The notes beneath the pieces are model-generated. The model was not told the origin of the DNA. It ran no database searches and saw only the letters and a program-made list of their open reading frames with translations. The position numbers and the translations under genes are program-made. A stretch of DNA of 64,000 nt, from the NCBI GenBank assembly GCA_012295275.1, contig CM022665.1, forward strand, positions 22,444,001 to 22,508,000, given 5' to 3'. The stretch's first letter is position 1. The number at the start of each line of letters is the position of its first letter. This DNA is from Chrysomallon squamiferum. Its lineage: Eukaryota; Animalia; Mollusca. Below, one piece after another: positions 53,038 to 64,000 of this stretch.

Positions 53038-54014
53038 GTGTAGTTGTCTACATGAATATTGAATATAAACATACACTATTTTATAAAGACTATTAGTTAA
53101 TGGTTTGTAAATAGAAATGGGATTTTCCAAAAATAATCTAAATATAGAAGATAACTGGAAAGTCCAGTGTCTAATAATAGTACATTTTTGACTGAACAAG
53201 GTTTGAGGAGTAAAACAATGAATCCAGACAAATCTTACAAAAGCTAAAATCTTAAGACAGTAACTAGTTATTTATTATTATCCTGCAATCCTAAAAACAC
53301 AAAAACTATATATTAACTTCTCTTTTTTCTGAAATCAAGACTCATGCATACTGATTTCGTTGTCACTGTACATAAAAACAAAATAGTTCTAAAATAACAA
53401 TAATTTATTTATTTTTTTGAATACCTTTTTCTTTTTCTTTTCAAAATGGCCTTTTAAGATCTAAAACAAGAATTAAACACTAAAGAAGTAACAAAACAAA
53501 ACATACAATGATACATGTGTGCGTGTCTGTAGCAGGTCACTGATCAAAGTAAATAAAATTCTGTTTCAAAAAGCTATATTTTTGGTCATCACGCTGACTT
53601 ATCTTATGGCACACAATTTGGGAATCTGTGAGTTGGACAGTTTCTACAGTATTTCTTAAATTTGTTCAGTTATAATCGGTATTTAAATTCGTACTCCTGT
53701 GTGTCGAAGAAAGGGCACTTTATTAAGACAAATTTTGTTGGTTTTTTTTTTCAGTTCAAAACTAATTAGACCAGTGTGACTGAGTAAAGTTTACAAAATA
53801 TTTTGCTGCTAAACAAGAAGTAAGGGAGAGTCCATTTACGAAAACAAATACATGGTTTGGTCCTTAAATTGAAAATGGACTTACGATATGAACTAATATT
53901 ACTGTAATTACTGTGTGATAAGTCTTATGTATGTATTGTTCTAATAAAATCTATTGACTTCCCATTTCTACAAATGTATTTTTTTGTACATATTAACATT
54001 TTATTTCTTGGCAG

Positions 54015-55114
54015 ATTATGGATAAAATAAAGCGATTCTTAAGCTGTGTAAGATGGGGTGTAGGAAAAAATAGCACACGGAAGAAATGGCGCTGCAGATT
54101 TTGACAAAAAGGTACCTTATTTTTTTTGTTCTGTAGTTGTTTTAAACAATACAGTTTATTCATTCAATATTGTTACATACATGTATTAATATTTGTACCA
54201 GTTTAAATTACACATGTACAGATACATATACATACACGTACATATGCATGTGTGTGTGTGTGTGTGTGTGTGTATGTATGCTTGCACACGTTCATAGATG
54301 CCTAAGTACATTCATATAGATGTACCTATTGTAAATATGCATACAATAGTTAAAACATCCTCCAGAATTATATCATTCTGTCAATTCAAACCTAGCATAA
54401 GATGTGTGTGTGTGTGTGTTATTTATTTTATTGGGAGGGTTCAGTTGATTAATAAAAAATAACAAATTTCCAGCAGATGTTTCTCCTGATAACAGAAGAA
54501 ATAAAAGTTTAAAAAACTATGTACCGATACTTCTCTGATTTGCAGATTTATCCAGATAAAAGTGTGCGAAGAGAAATTCAGAATCTTCTTGTTCGTTGTC
54601 CAAATTCAAAAGTAGGATGATCTGTTATTGTTCCATGGAAAAATATTGAGGCTGGTTCTAAAATTGAGACAGAAAAAGAAAGATATAATATTTAAGGAAA
54701 ATTAGAAATGAAAATTGTTGTTGATGTTATTTTAAATCATGCAAGAAAATTATATATTAATTAGTACTGTTTTTATCGTAACTGTTATTATTTTAAAATC
54801 AGCCTTTAATGATTCAGAAAGACTTAAATGCTAGGACACAATTAATTAGTAATTTCACTTGATTTATTAACATTTTCTGCATCAAATTTGATTTTGACAG
54901 GTGTAAATATATTAATGTAAATGATTTAATTATGGTATTCTTTTAAAAACATGTAGCTGAATGTGAATTCAAACCTGTGGACTGTCGAAACAAGAACTTT
55001 GGTTGTGAAACACACTTGACTGAGAGTGCGATTAGTGCTCACGAAGCTGAATGTCCTTTTCGTCAAACACACTGCAAAAAATGTGGACAAACATACATGT
55101 TTTCTATGGCCAGA
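54015..55114 (+). pseudogene. TRAF-like (TNF receptor-associated factor) pseudogene fragment: post-RING linker and TRAF-type zinc fingers
   Basis: Exon 54546-54650 reads IYPDKSVRREIQNLLVRCPNSKVG*SVIVPWKNIE, with TGA at 54618 where the conserved Cys is expected. Exon 54947-55114 reads KHVAECEFKPVDCRNKNFGCETHLTESAISAHEAECPFRQTHCKKCG; its acceptor is AA rather than AG. Upstream exon-like segment 54015-54111 has stops. Confidence 0.8.
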
Positions 55115-56744
55115 GTAATACTGTTGCTTAATGATTTTTTTCATATTTGATACCAAAAAATATATATATTGCCACTAACATTTTTATAAAATGCGTATAA
55201 TAAAGAACGTAATATTATTTATTTAAAATGAAAAGAATTTATATGTTACAGATATAATTTTTGAAGTAATTATTCTATTACTAAAGGAATTTTTTATCTG
55301 ATATGAAATGTATATGTAATATGTTGCCAGTAACAGTTTTGTTTTCATAGAAATTACAAAGACATTATTTCACACAAAATATATTTGTAAAAATATGCAT
55401 TATCTAGGTAATTATACTATACTATAGTAATTTTATATCTAATACAAAAAAAAAAAGATATTTAAGAAATGTAATATGAAAAGACTTTACTAGTGAAAAT
55501 ATGCACATTATGGGCAACTTTATAAAATAATTTTACATCTGATAGTAAAAATAAATAAAATAATGATATACCAAATTTTTATAAAATACGTAACAAATAC
55601 ATGTAATAACGTTACTTATTATTTGAATATTGCACCACAAATATCAAATAATTGTTCTATTACTAAAGGATGAAAAAACAAAAAAAACAAAAACTGTATT
55701 TGATACAAATGAATACACTGCAAGTACAGATATAAAAAGGTCCTGTCATTCCTTGTAACCGAAACTAGTCCAATGAGCAGTGTGGTGTCTATTTTTATTA
55801 TATTATATTATTTTTCTCTCTGTTTTTTGTTATTTTTGTTGTTGTTGTTGTTGTTGGTTTTTTTTTTTTTTTTTTTTGGGGGGGGGGTCCGGAAGTATAT
55901 ATTATATAACTGATAAAAAGATTACCAGGTACATATAAACTATAATACTGAAACGAACCTATCTTAAAGATTAATTAGAGCGTAAACAACTTGTTTTCAT
56001 TCTGAGTTACTGCATATATGATATTGATATAACGCCAATCTGAATCTCTGAAAAAAACCGAGTGCGTTTCACATACAATTCTTCGTCAAACGGAGCTTTC
56101 AAGACAAGATTGTATTTGATGCTACTTTGGCGTATGATCTGCAACTTAAATAACTAGGAAATGTATATAAGATAAGAGCGTGAGGAGAAGGGATACCTTT
56201 AAGTTTAACAGGAAACGTCAGTTTACAGCAGGCGGGTAATGCAATAAAACAGATTTGACCTAGTTTGGATCGGAAAAGGAAGAAAGGTGTAGACTGCCGC
56301 CATTCTACTGTCGAGCACCAACGACAACATTGATTATTTCTGTTGGCTACAGATGAGGAAGAATGCGGAAGATATTTTTCTTGCGTTTCTAGCAGATATT
56401 CCCTCAATTCATCGATAATATTATTCAAATTGTATACTTTTTAGCCCTTGTTCGTATAAATAATACATATATAATAAAAGGAAAATTTGTTTCATTTTAT
56501 GCCGTGAAAAATAATAATTATAAAAAAACAAGAATAAATAAAATAATAATTAAAATAAGCGCGCGTAAATTACACATCAAAGTAGAATTTGCTCGGTGTA
56601 GATCACACGTTGAAGTAGCACCATAGTTTTCTTAGTTTTTTTTATTTGCTGTGATTTGACTAAACAAAATTACCTATCATTATATCATATGACCATTGTT
56701 GAGGTGTTCTCAGATGGAGCTAATCAACATTTTAAGCTAAAATA

Positions 56745-58366
56745 AACACAGTTTTAAAAATAAATTACTGATATTCGAGCACAATTTCTTGGATTCACAG
56801 AATATGTTGTACTATTCTTTTGTATAATTATGTTTATGATCATGAAATCGAGTTTAATTTTGCAAACAAAATAATCATCCGTGTTTTAGAGCAGGGGTTT
56901 TCAAACTTTTTGACTTGCGGACCCCTTTATATTTCAGGCTTTACCTTAGGGGCCCCCTTATAAACGCTTATGAAATTTATAATAAATATTTGCTTAAAAT
57001 AACATATATTTTTACATTTATTTAGGATATATTAGGATATATTACAAAATTATTTACTTGTTATTTCATGCGCTCACATTTACAAATATAAGAACAAAGA
57101 TTTCGATTAAAAAACATATATAAAATCAAACTGCCCATAAAAAGTATTCGCTGACCACAGTTTGAAAACCCCTGTTTTAGATAACAAACGCAATTGGTAA
57201 GTTTCACTTTAGGTATTAAAATGACCTGTTCACAGGAGTTATCGTCCGTTGATTTGACAGCTGCCTTCATTTCAGTCTGATTATTAATGATTTCTAAGAG
57301 CAAAAGTGAGTACCCACTTTCAAAATTTTAAAATTCAGACAGGTTCACTATTGTTTAACATTTACAGAAATATACAAAACTAGGTCAAAACCCCAACTGT
57401 TGTATATGTATAAGTGTAGGCCCACACGCAGTGGTGAGTAGAGTTTGATGCTGTATTAGTATTCATATTTATTATATTATCACTGACAGTTGTTATTATT
57501 GTGTTTTTGGTAGATCTTTCTGCTCGGGCCTCGGCTGTTATATTTATATCCATTAATTTAGTATAAATAAGTTACAACCAGTGTAGATGTCTAAATGAAT
57601 ATTGTAAAGACTATTAGTCAATGCTTATAAATAGAAATTGGATTTTCCAAAATTAATCTAAGTATAGAAGATAACTGGAAAGTCCAATGTCTAATAATAG
57701 TTAACACATTTTTTTTTTTTTTTTCACTCACTCAAGTCAATTTCCAGATCATCGAAACATGTATGTATACCAGGGGTCCTCAAATCGGCGTATGTCTAAC
57801 CCCAGTATGCAACAGAATATGTGGGGATAAAAAAAGCAATCAAACAAAAATGGGGGAAAAAATCATGCCAGACTGTCAAAGTAGAGCCGAGACATTTAAT
57901 AAATTGTACGATAGCATATTCAAAATAAATGAAAGTCCACAAGTAAAATATAATTATTACTTCATCTTTAAATGTAAAATCTTAATGATTCTTTTTAGTA
58001 GACATATTAAAATGAAAGTCATAAGCTTAAATTAATAACTCAGCTGATCTGCAGAACATAATAAGTGAAACCGTTATTAACCAAATGTAAAAAAGTAATA
58101 ATCAAGTCAATTTCCGGATGAATTAGATTAATGATGTTAATTGCATCTAAAATTTTATTTATTGTTCCATATTTACAGAAAACCATTAATAAAAGTTTAC
58201 AAGTTAGTCACCAGGCATGCTGTCAGCGTTGAAGAGGGTTAAAACATTGTTTGAACACATCTAATAACATATGAATCCATCTCACGCGCTAAGACACTCG
58301 ATACATATTTGAATAAGTTTTTGTGAGTAAAATAATGAATCCAGACAAATCTTACTATGCCATGCG

Positions 58367-58405
<39 letters not shown>

Positions 58406-58744
58406 TCTTTCACGACACTTGGGACATTAATATAGGGTAAACACTGTAACTGGTGCTTTCTTAAGGAACCCAGGACAATAATGGTCTGACAGAAGAAAGA
58501 ATATCAGGAAAGGGAGAAAAAAAACAACGTTAGAGCCAATTCTGAGCATTATAATTGCTATTCTTTTATAATGTTAAACTGTTATTGTCCTTATCGTGTT
58601 GTACAATCAGGCAGAGAAATTAAAGATAATCAAGATCGAACTTATGCACCCGGCCACAATAATAATAATAATAATAATAATAAAATTAAGAAAAACAAAA
58701 TAATAATAATAAAATAAAATAGAAGTGACAAGATTCGAGATTTA
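56745..58744 (+). repeat. Local duplication block Y, copy 2 (contains the hAT MITE and an inserted piece of block X)
   Basis: Colinear with 51490-53037 apart from insertions at 56892-57174 and ~57750-58102 and small indels. Confidence 0.9.
56892..57174. mobile_element. hAT (Charlie-type) MITE, 283 bp
   Basis: 16-bp TIRs caggggttttcaaact...agtttgaaaacccctg; 8-bp TSD ttttagag / ttttagat, resembling the Charlie NTCTAGAN target; absent from the paralogous copy. Confidence 0.88.
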
Positions 58745-59127
58745 TCGCACAAATGAACTACAGTTTTAAAATAATAGAAAAGGTGCCACCTTTGAAAAAC
58801 ATGCTGAGAGGGAGCGATCTCTCCCTGCCTCCCCATCTACCGACGGTACCATATTGCTTTCCAAGAAATGTTGCTGTTTTCGTCAAACCATGTATACCAT
58901 CGGAAATACCCCATTATATCTTATCTTAGATAAAATATGATCAGACTGTCGCAGGCATATATGTTTAGTCTGAATATTTCTATCTCTGCAAAGCTGCTTT
59001 TCATACATATAGGATATACTTATACTGTCTTATCCTACGAAGGTGACAATTCTCGATTCACCGAGGCAATGCCGAGCTGCATCGAGTCATTCGACCTCAG
59101 CAGGATAAAAGCTGATATCTTAAGACA

Positions 59128-59128
59128 G

Positions 59129-59183
<55 letters not shown>

Positions 59184-59430
59184 TGCACTCGAAAATAACA
59201 CAAAAATTATATATTAACTGTTTTATTTCTGAAACAACGACTCTCGACATTAGTCGATTCACGCATATCTATTTCGTTGTCACTACATAAAAACAAAATA
59301 GTTTTTAAATAACAATATATTATGATTTTTTAAAATATTTTTCATTTTTGTTTTTTTCAAAATGGTCTTTTAAGATCTGAAGCAACAATTAAACACTAAA
59401 GAAGTAACTTTAAACAATACATATACAGTG
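59128..59430 (+). repeat. Local duplication block Z, third copy (others ~51120-51385 and ~53262-53510)
   Basis: Shared gttatttattatt...ctgca...aacacaaaaa.tatat...tttctgaaa...caaaatgg.cttttaagatct...ttaaacactaaagaagtaac. Confidence 0.8.
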
Positions 59431-59639
59431 ATGTGTGTGTGTGTGTGAAAAACAAATCACTTATCGAAATCAATACAATTTCGCCTCAAGAAGATACATT
59501 TTTGGTCAGGTAAACGGACAATTCCCCACTCCACACATTAATAGTGACATATATGATACCACACTTAGAACATAATTAGTATTTTTTTATTCGATTTTAA
59601 ATCTTACACACTGGCCAATGACCTTAAGTACATTTGGCA

Positions 59640-60298
59640 GTCTTGCTGCTGTCACGCCTGCCAGCGCACCGTTTGTACAGCTTTGACTGGAGTTTGTGCG
59701 TGTGGTGTCTTATACGCTTTCTGGTGCTCACCGCGCAGGTGACGTAGTACGATAGTGGCAACCTGGGCCTGATCTTTCCGTATGCTTTCAATGGCTCTCC
59801 TGCTGGTAGGGTCTATGTCCAATGAGCTTTGCAAACGCGTTGTTCCATCACTCGCATGTGTCATTGGTTCTTGATCCCCCTTCAAGAGTAATGGAAATGA
59901 CATTCCATATGGGCGATGGGTACATGGGAGGCATGCGATGCATCAGCTGTAGAGGCTGAATATAAGGGAAGGCTCCGGACACATAGGTATTGTCAAAATA
60001 GTCCAGAGAGGTTCGAGTCCTTCTGGTGTGTGCTGCCGTAGATATGTCAAGAACATCATCCACTGGTAAAAAGGCGAGTCCATCTAGCACGCCACAGAAG
60101 AGTTTCTTATTCTCCTCTTCTCTATATCGATGTACAAGACCAAGAGACTGGATCTTACTCCATGTGGCCTGTGTTAGGTGATGGAAGCAGTCATGTACGT
60201 TAACTTCGGGTCCAAAGAATGACAACACAGCTTTTTGGTCGAAGTCAGGGATGATGGTTGTGGGAACAGTCTGGAAACCGAAATCTGTCTTTTATGGC
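59640..60298 (-). mobile_element. Degenerate Mutator-like (MULE) transposase fragment, C-terminal half
   Basis: Minus-strand translation PTTIIPDFDQKAVLSFFGPEVNVHDCFHHLTQATWSKIQSLGL...LAFLPVDDV...LDYFDNTYVSG...IWNV...RTNDTCE*WNN matches the MULE motifs DFE, CxFHxxQ and RTNNxxExW; stops and frameshifts present. Confidence 0.85.
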
Positions 60299-63200
60299 AC
60301 ACCCCAACCAGAACGTGTTATTGTCCTCAGACACGAATGTCCCCTGAATCAGCATTCTCACTTAACAACGGTTTACAAAACTGCTTTTCATTATCGGTGA
60401 GATGTTAGAAGAATTTAATGCCTGGCTTACGGCTGTGACAGTGGGTAAATCTATGTCGTCCTGAAGATCATGAGACTGGTTACAGTAGATGTTACAGGTG
60501 ATGCCTCAGTAGTGACTATATCTTTTGAATCCAGTATCTGTCATTTGTGGACATTTTTCTGAGATAATTCCCCAACCAAAGTTTCTAGTGTGTGAACATG
60601 ACCATCCACACTGAGTTTAGCAATCACCCTGTACGATCGCGGATCCCAAAATGCCCTGCATCTTATGTCTACCCAGGTGATGAAGTAGAATATCAGAATC
60701 GGTTAAATTCACATTTCGACTGCTATCTTTACAGTGTCTCAAGTTCAAGTTTGATGCCTGCCAATTCAAATAATTTCCGCATCCATTGATAATAGAGGAA
60801 TATCCATTCATCAACAGCTGGCATGCCACCTTTTTGGTACTGAGTATTAAACAATAATTTTGGTTCTTGTCCAGAAAATAGAAAATATGAAGAGTACCCA
60901 GTTGATGAATGGCGAGTTGTATTGTAGGCGCAAACGATTTCTGGGAGGTATTTTGGCCAGTGTTTCTTCTGGGATGGATTCAATCTCCAAAGCAAATTAT
61001 GCACTGTGCGATTGAATCGCTCAGCTTGTACATTACCTGTGGGTGGTACGGCATTGTTCTGCTTTTCTTTATCCCATACATGTTACACAACTCTTTTATC
61101 AAGTCAGATTCTCACTTCCAGACTTGATCGCTATGGATTCACCGCGGCTTACCATAATATCAAACCATTCTTTGACAAGGACTTCAGCAACTGTTCGAGA
61201 TATCTGAGTTGGTATTTCCTGAGTAAATTTGGTGAAAACATCTGTAAGAACTAAGACATTTTTTCCGTCCATTTGTTGCAGGTTCAAGGACTGTGAAATC
61301 AATAGCAAGGACTTCTTAGCCAGAACACTTTCCATTGCTGGATGAACTTGTGGTCTTGATTTTGACAGAAAAAACCTATGTGATTGGCAGTACTTTTCCA
61401 CATCTACAGTTGTACCTGGCCAGAAACATATTTTTTGTACAAGTGAAAGTGTCACTCATACCTTTGTGTAATGCATGCAAGGTTTTTTTTTCACACAGTG
61501 CATCAGGTAAAGTCAACTGGTATAACGCATTGCCATGGACTTGGTCGAATGTTTACCAAAAAGAAAGAAATGTCTTTATATTGGAGTTCTGTAACTGCAG
61601 GCGGCAAGATCTTTCCATGAATATGATGGCAGTATTTGGACAGAGAGGATGGGGAGCTAGAGCACTAGACCAAGTTGTAACACCAAATATCGAAACATCC
61701 AAGCTGTTAATTTGAACGGATGCTCGAACCATCAGTTCCTCATTAAGAAGGAGAGAACTGTTAGTGGGTTCAGCCATTTTCCTGGAAATCCATTCATGAT
61801 CTCCTTTGGCATCATCAAAGCAACCCTTGACACATTGACGACTCAGTGAGCATTGGCATTACTTTTACCTGATTGATACTTCAGCAGGACATCAAATGGA
61901 GATACCCAGTGCACTTCTGTGGCTCCAAGATTGGCAGTTTTAAAATAAGGTAGTGGGTTGTTGTCTGTGAATACCACAAACTATTAACCAAGCTAGTACT
62001 TAGAGAATTGATCTGGAACGGCCCATTTTAGAGCCAAGAGCTCAAGTTTCATTGAGCACTGCACTCAGCAGGTTTTAGGCTTCGACTGGCATAAGAAATA
62101 ACCACTAGTCGACCATCTTGCTCTTGAGATAGAACAGCTCCCAAAACCTGAAACCGGCATCAGTCTCAACAATGAAAGTGCCTGAAATTAGGGTAGCCTA
62201 AAATTGGACTTGTAGTCAGCTTAAGTTTTGATTTTTTGAAAGCGTCATTACATGATTGATCCGAACATTCCTTAAAACTTGTCAACAACTTTTCCTTTCT
62301 GTTTCTTGCCACCACCTATCAGTGCATGCAGGGGACGCCGCTATCTGAGCAAAACCCTTAATGGACCTTCGAAATTAACTGGCCAATCCAAGAACTGACT
62401 TCAGTTCAGTCTCTCTTGTTGGTATTTTCCACTCTTTGACAACTGAAATCTTATCAAGGTCAGTAGAAATTCCCGACTCTGAAACAACATATCAAAATAC
62501 TTAACATCCTTTTTAAACAAATAACATTTCTCAGGCTTCACTTTGAGACCAAATTTCCGTAGCCTACTAAATACCATTTCTAGCCTTTGGACCATTTCCT
62601 CGAAGGTGCGTCGAAACACCAGCATGTCATCTAGGTATACTTTCAGAGACTGAAGATTTTTGTCTCCCAAGCAAGCCTGTATTAGCCTTGAAAAAGTGGC
62701 TGGTGCATTACGCATATACTGATTTTTACAGCCTGTTGTTTGATTCGTTAAAACAGGCTCTAATTGTTTAAGTTTCTGCGACCATCGCATCACATCGCCT
62801 GTGACAGTCTCTTTGGAAATGGCCTAAACGACCACATTTGATGTTTGTTACTGAAATCAAAATATAAACCATATTTTGGAGAGGAATGTCTTTGATTAGA
62901 TTGAAAAGGGGGCGATGTTGGATTGGTCAGGAGTCAGGAAAACTAGCTGGAGCTGTTGTTACTGAAGGGCAAAGAGTGTCAAATCTCCTCAGCAAATGCA
63001 GGACAGCTTCATTGTGCTTTTGCTGAGCTTTCATATGCTACTCCAACATATCTCCCTGCCGTTACTGGCTGAACTGGCTGAAGCGGATTCCTGAACAGAT
63101 ATCTCCGAAGGCAACAGATGATTAACGGCAGCCTCTTTAACCATGACATGGTGAATACATGAATCCCGAGATGTATGTTTATGCCAATCAATAGCCCAAT

Positions 63201-63845
63201 CTCTGAGCTTGAAAAAGGATTCTGCAGGATTAGCCAGTATCTGTCGGTTGAGTTCCCGAGTCAAATGGGGATCTCTAACACCTTCGACAAAAATGGCTGT
63301 CAAATTATCTCGCTGACCATAGTAATATTAATCACGTTCCAGTTGCTTATATAGTCTTAGCAATTCATGAGCAGAGATTTATCATACCCCTGTTTTCGAC
63401 TGTAGAGCCGCAAACGTTTTTGCTGTGTACGAAGAACATATGAAATATCTGCGGGTCAGGAAGTATCATCATGATTATCTATTTCCAACCTGACAGAACC
63501 TGCTAAGTGCACCTTTAGGAAACGTATGGCTCAGTTATCAGTTTGACATTTTAACTCACGCTGACCTTTGATGCCGCGAATCCAATCCTCCAAGTTAATG
63601 TTCGATCCCGGCTTACCTTGAAACCGCCGACTATGGCGTTCCCGTGACACAAAAATTATTTGTGGTTCCATGTAAGCACGGGATTGAGGTTCGACTCTTT
63701 TAGATTCCTTATCTCTCGTACTACTACTAATCGAAACTAAAAGAGTCTGATTCTCTTTGGCCTGCTCCCTAAACTGGGAATCGAGGTTTTGAAAATATCG
63801 ACTAAGCTGTTCATAACTACCTAATTCTTCTTCTATTTGCGACAT
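60299..63845 (-). mobile_element. Degenerate Ty3/Gypsy LTR retrotransposon internal region (gag, RT, RNase H, integrase)
   Basis: gag ~63845-62900 (RRFQGKPGSNINLEDWI; FVEGVRDPHLTREL). RT ~62713-62400 (NAPATFSRL, VYLDDMLVF, LRKFGLKVKPEKC). RNase H remnants ~62230-61860. Integrase ~61470-60730 (LVLTDVFTKF; WPKYLPEIVCAYNTTRHSSTGYS). RT-RH-IN order is Gypsy. Many frameshifts; no LTR recognised. Confidence 0.92.
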
Positions 63846-64000
63846 CTTCCAAAACCACTACAGAACTATAGAATTACTTTAATTAAAATGGAATTAAAGA
63901 TTTATGAAAAGTGCAAAATTCTATCTTACTGGACTTCAGTGACTTTCAAGATTTGGTAAAATATAATTTAAAAAAAAAAAGAGAATTTGACTTACTTTTC

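Noticed and set aside
56040-56450. Relatively GC/CpG-rich segment with a 109-aa minus ORF and a GAGCGTGA (U3 box B-like) word
   Set aside because: No recognisable protein motif and the other snoRNA boxes are missing; left unassigned.
50328-58035. Duplicated ORF MYTRGPQIGVCLTPVCNRICGDKK... as a small gene family
   Set aside because: The similarity comes from recent DNA duplication; no domain or splice structure is evident.
1-64000. Prokaryotic-type systems (CRISPR arrays, operons, defence islands), tRNA and rRNA genes
   Set aside because: The sequence is eukaryotic with spliceosomal introns. No repeat-spacer array or tRNA/rRNA signature was seen, and the 63-bp repeat is coding.

Overview
AT-rich, intron-containing animal genomic DNA, probably invertebrate (mollusc-like; the species cannot be fixed from sequence). 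From left to right: (1) a complete 3-exon small heat-shock protein gene on the minus strand, with a TATA box and a perfect heat-shock element; (2) a ninein/ninein-like (NIN/NINL) gene on the plus strand, rebuilt by hand as 28 coding exons (~9787-46645, ~1531 aa) with consistent splice phases; (3) three tandem single-coding-exon galactose-3-O-sulfotransferase-like genes on the same strand inside its ~15.6-kb first coding intron, each with a splice acceptor just before the ATG and an atypical KCMKCATE PAPS-binding loop; (4) a perfect 122-bp inverted repeat downstream of the first sulfotransferase; (5) three MITEs; (6) a mosaic of local duplications around a TRAF pseudogene; (7) a decayed MULE transposase abutting a decayed Ty3/Gypsy element. 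Most short ORFs in the track are microsatellite or AT-rich noise. Family calls rest on recalled motifs; no searches were run.
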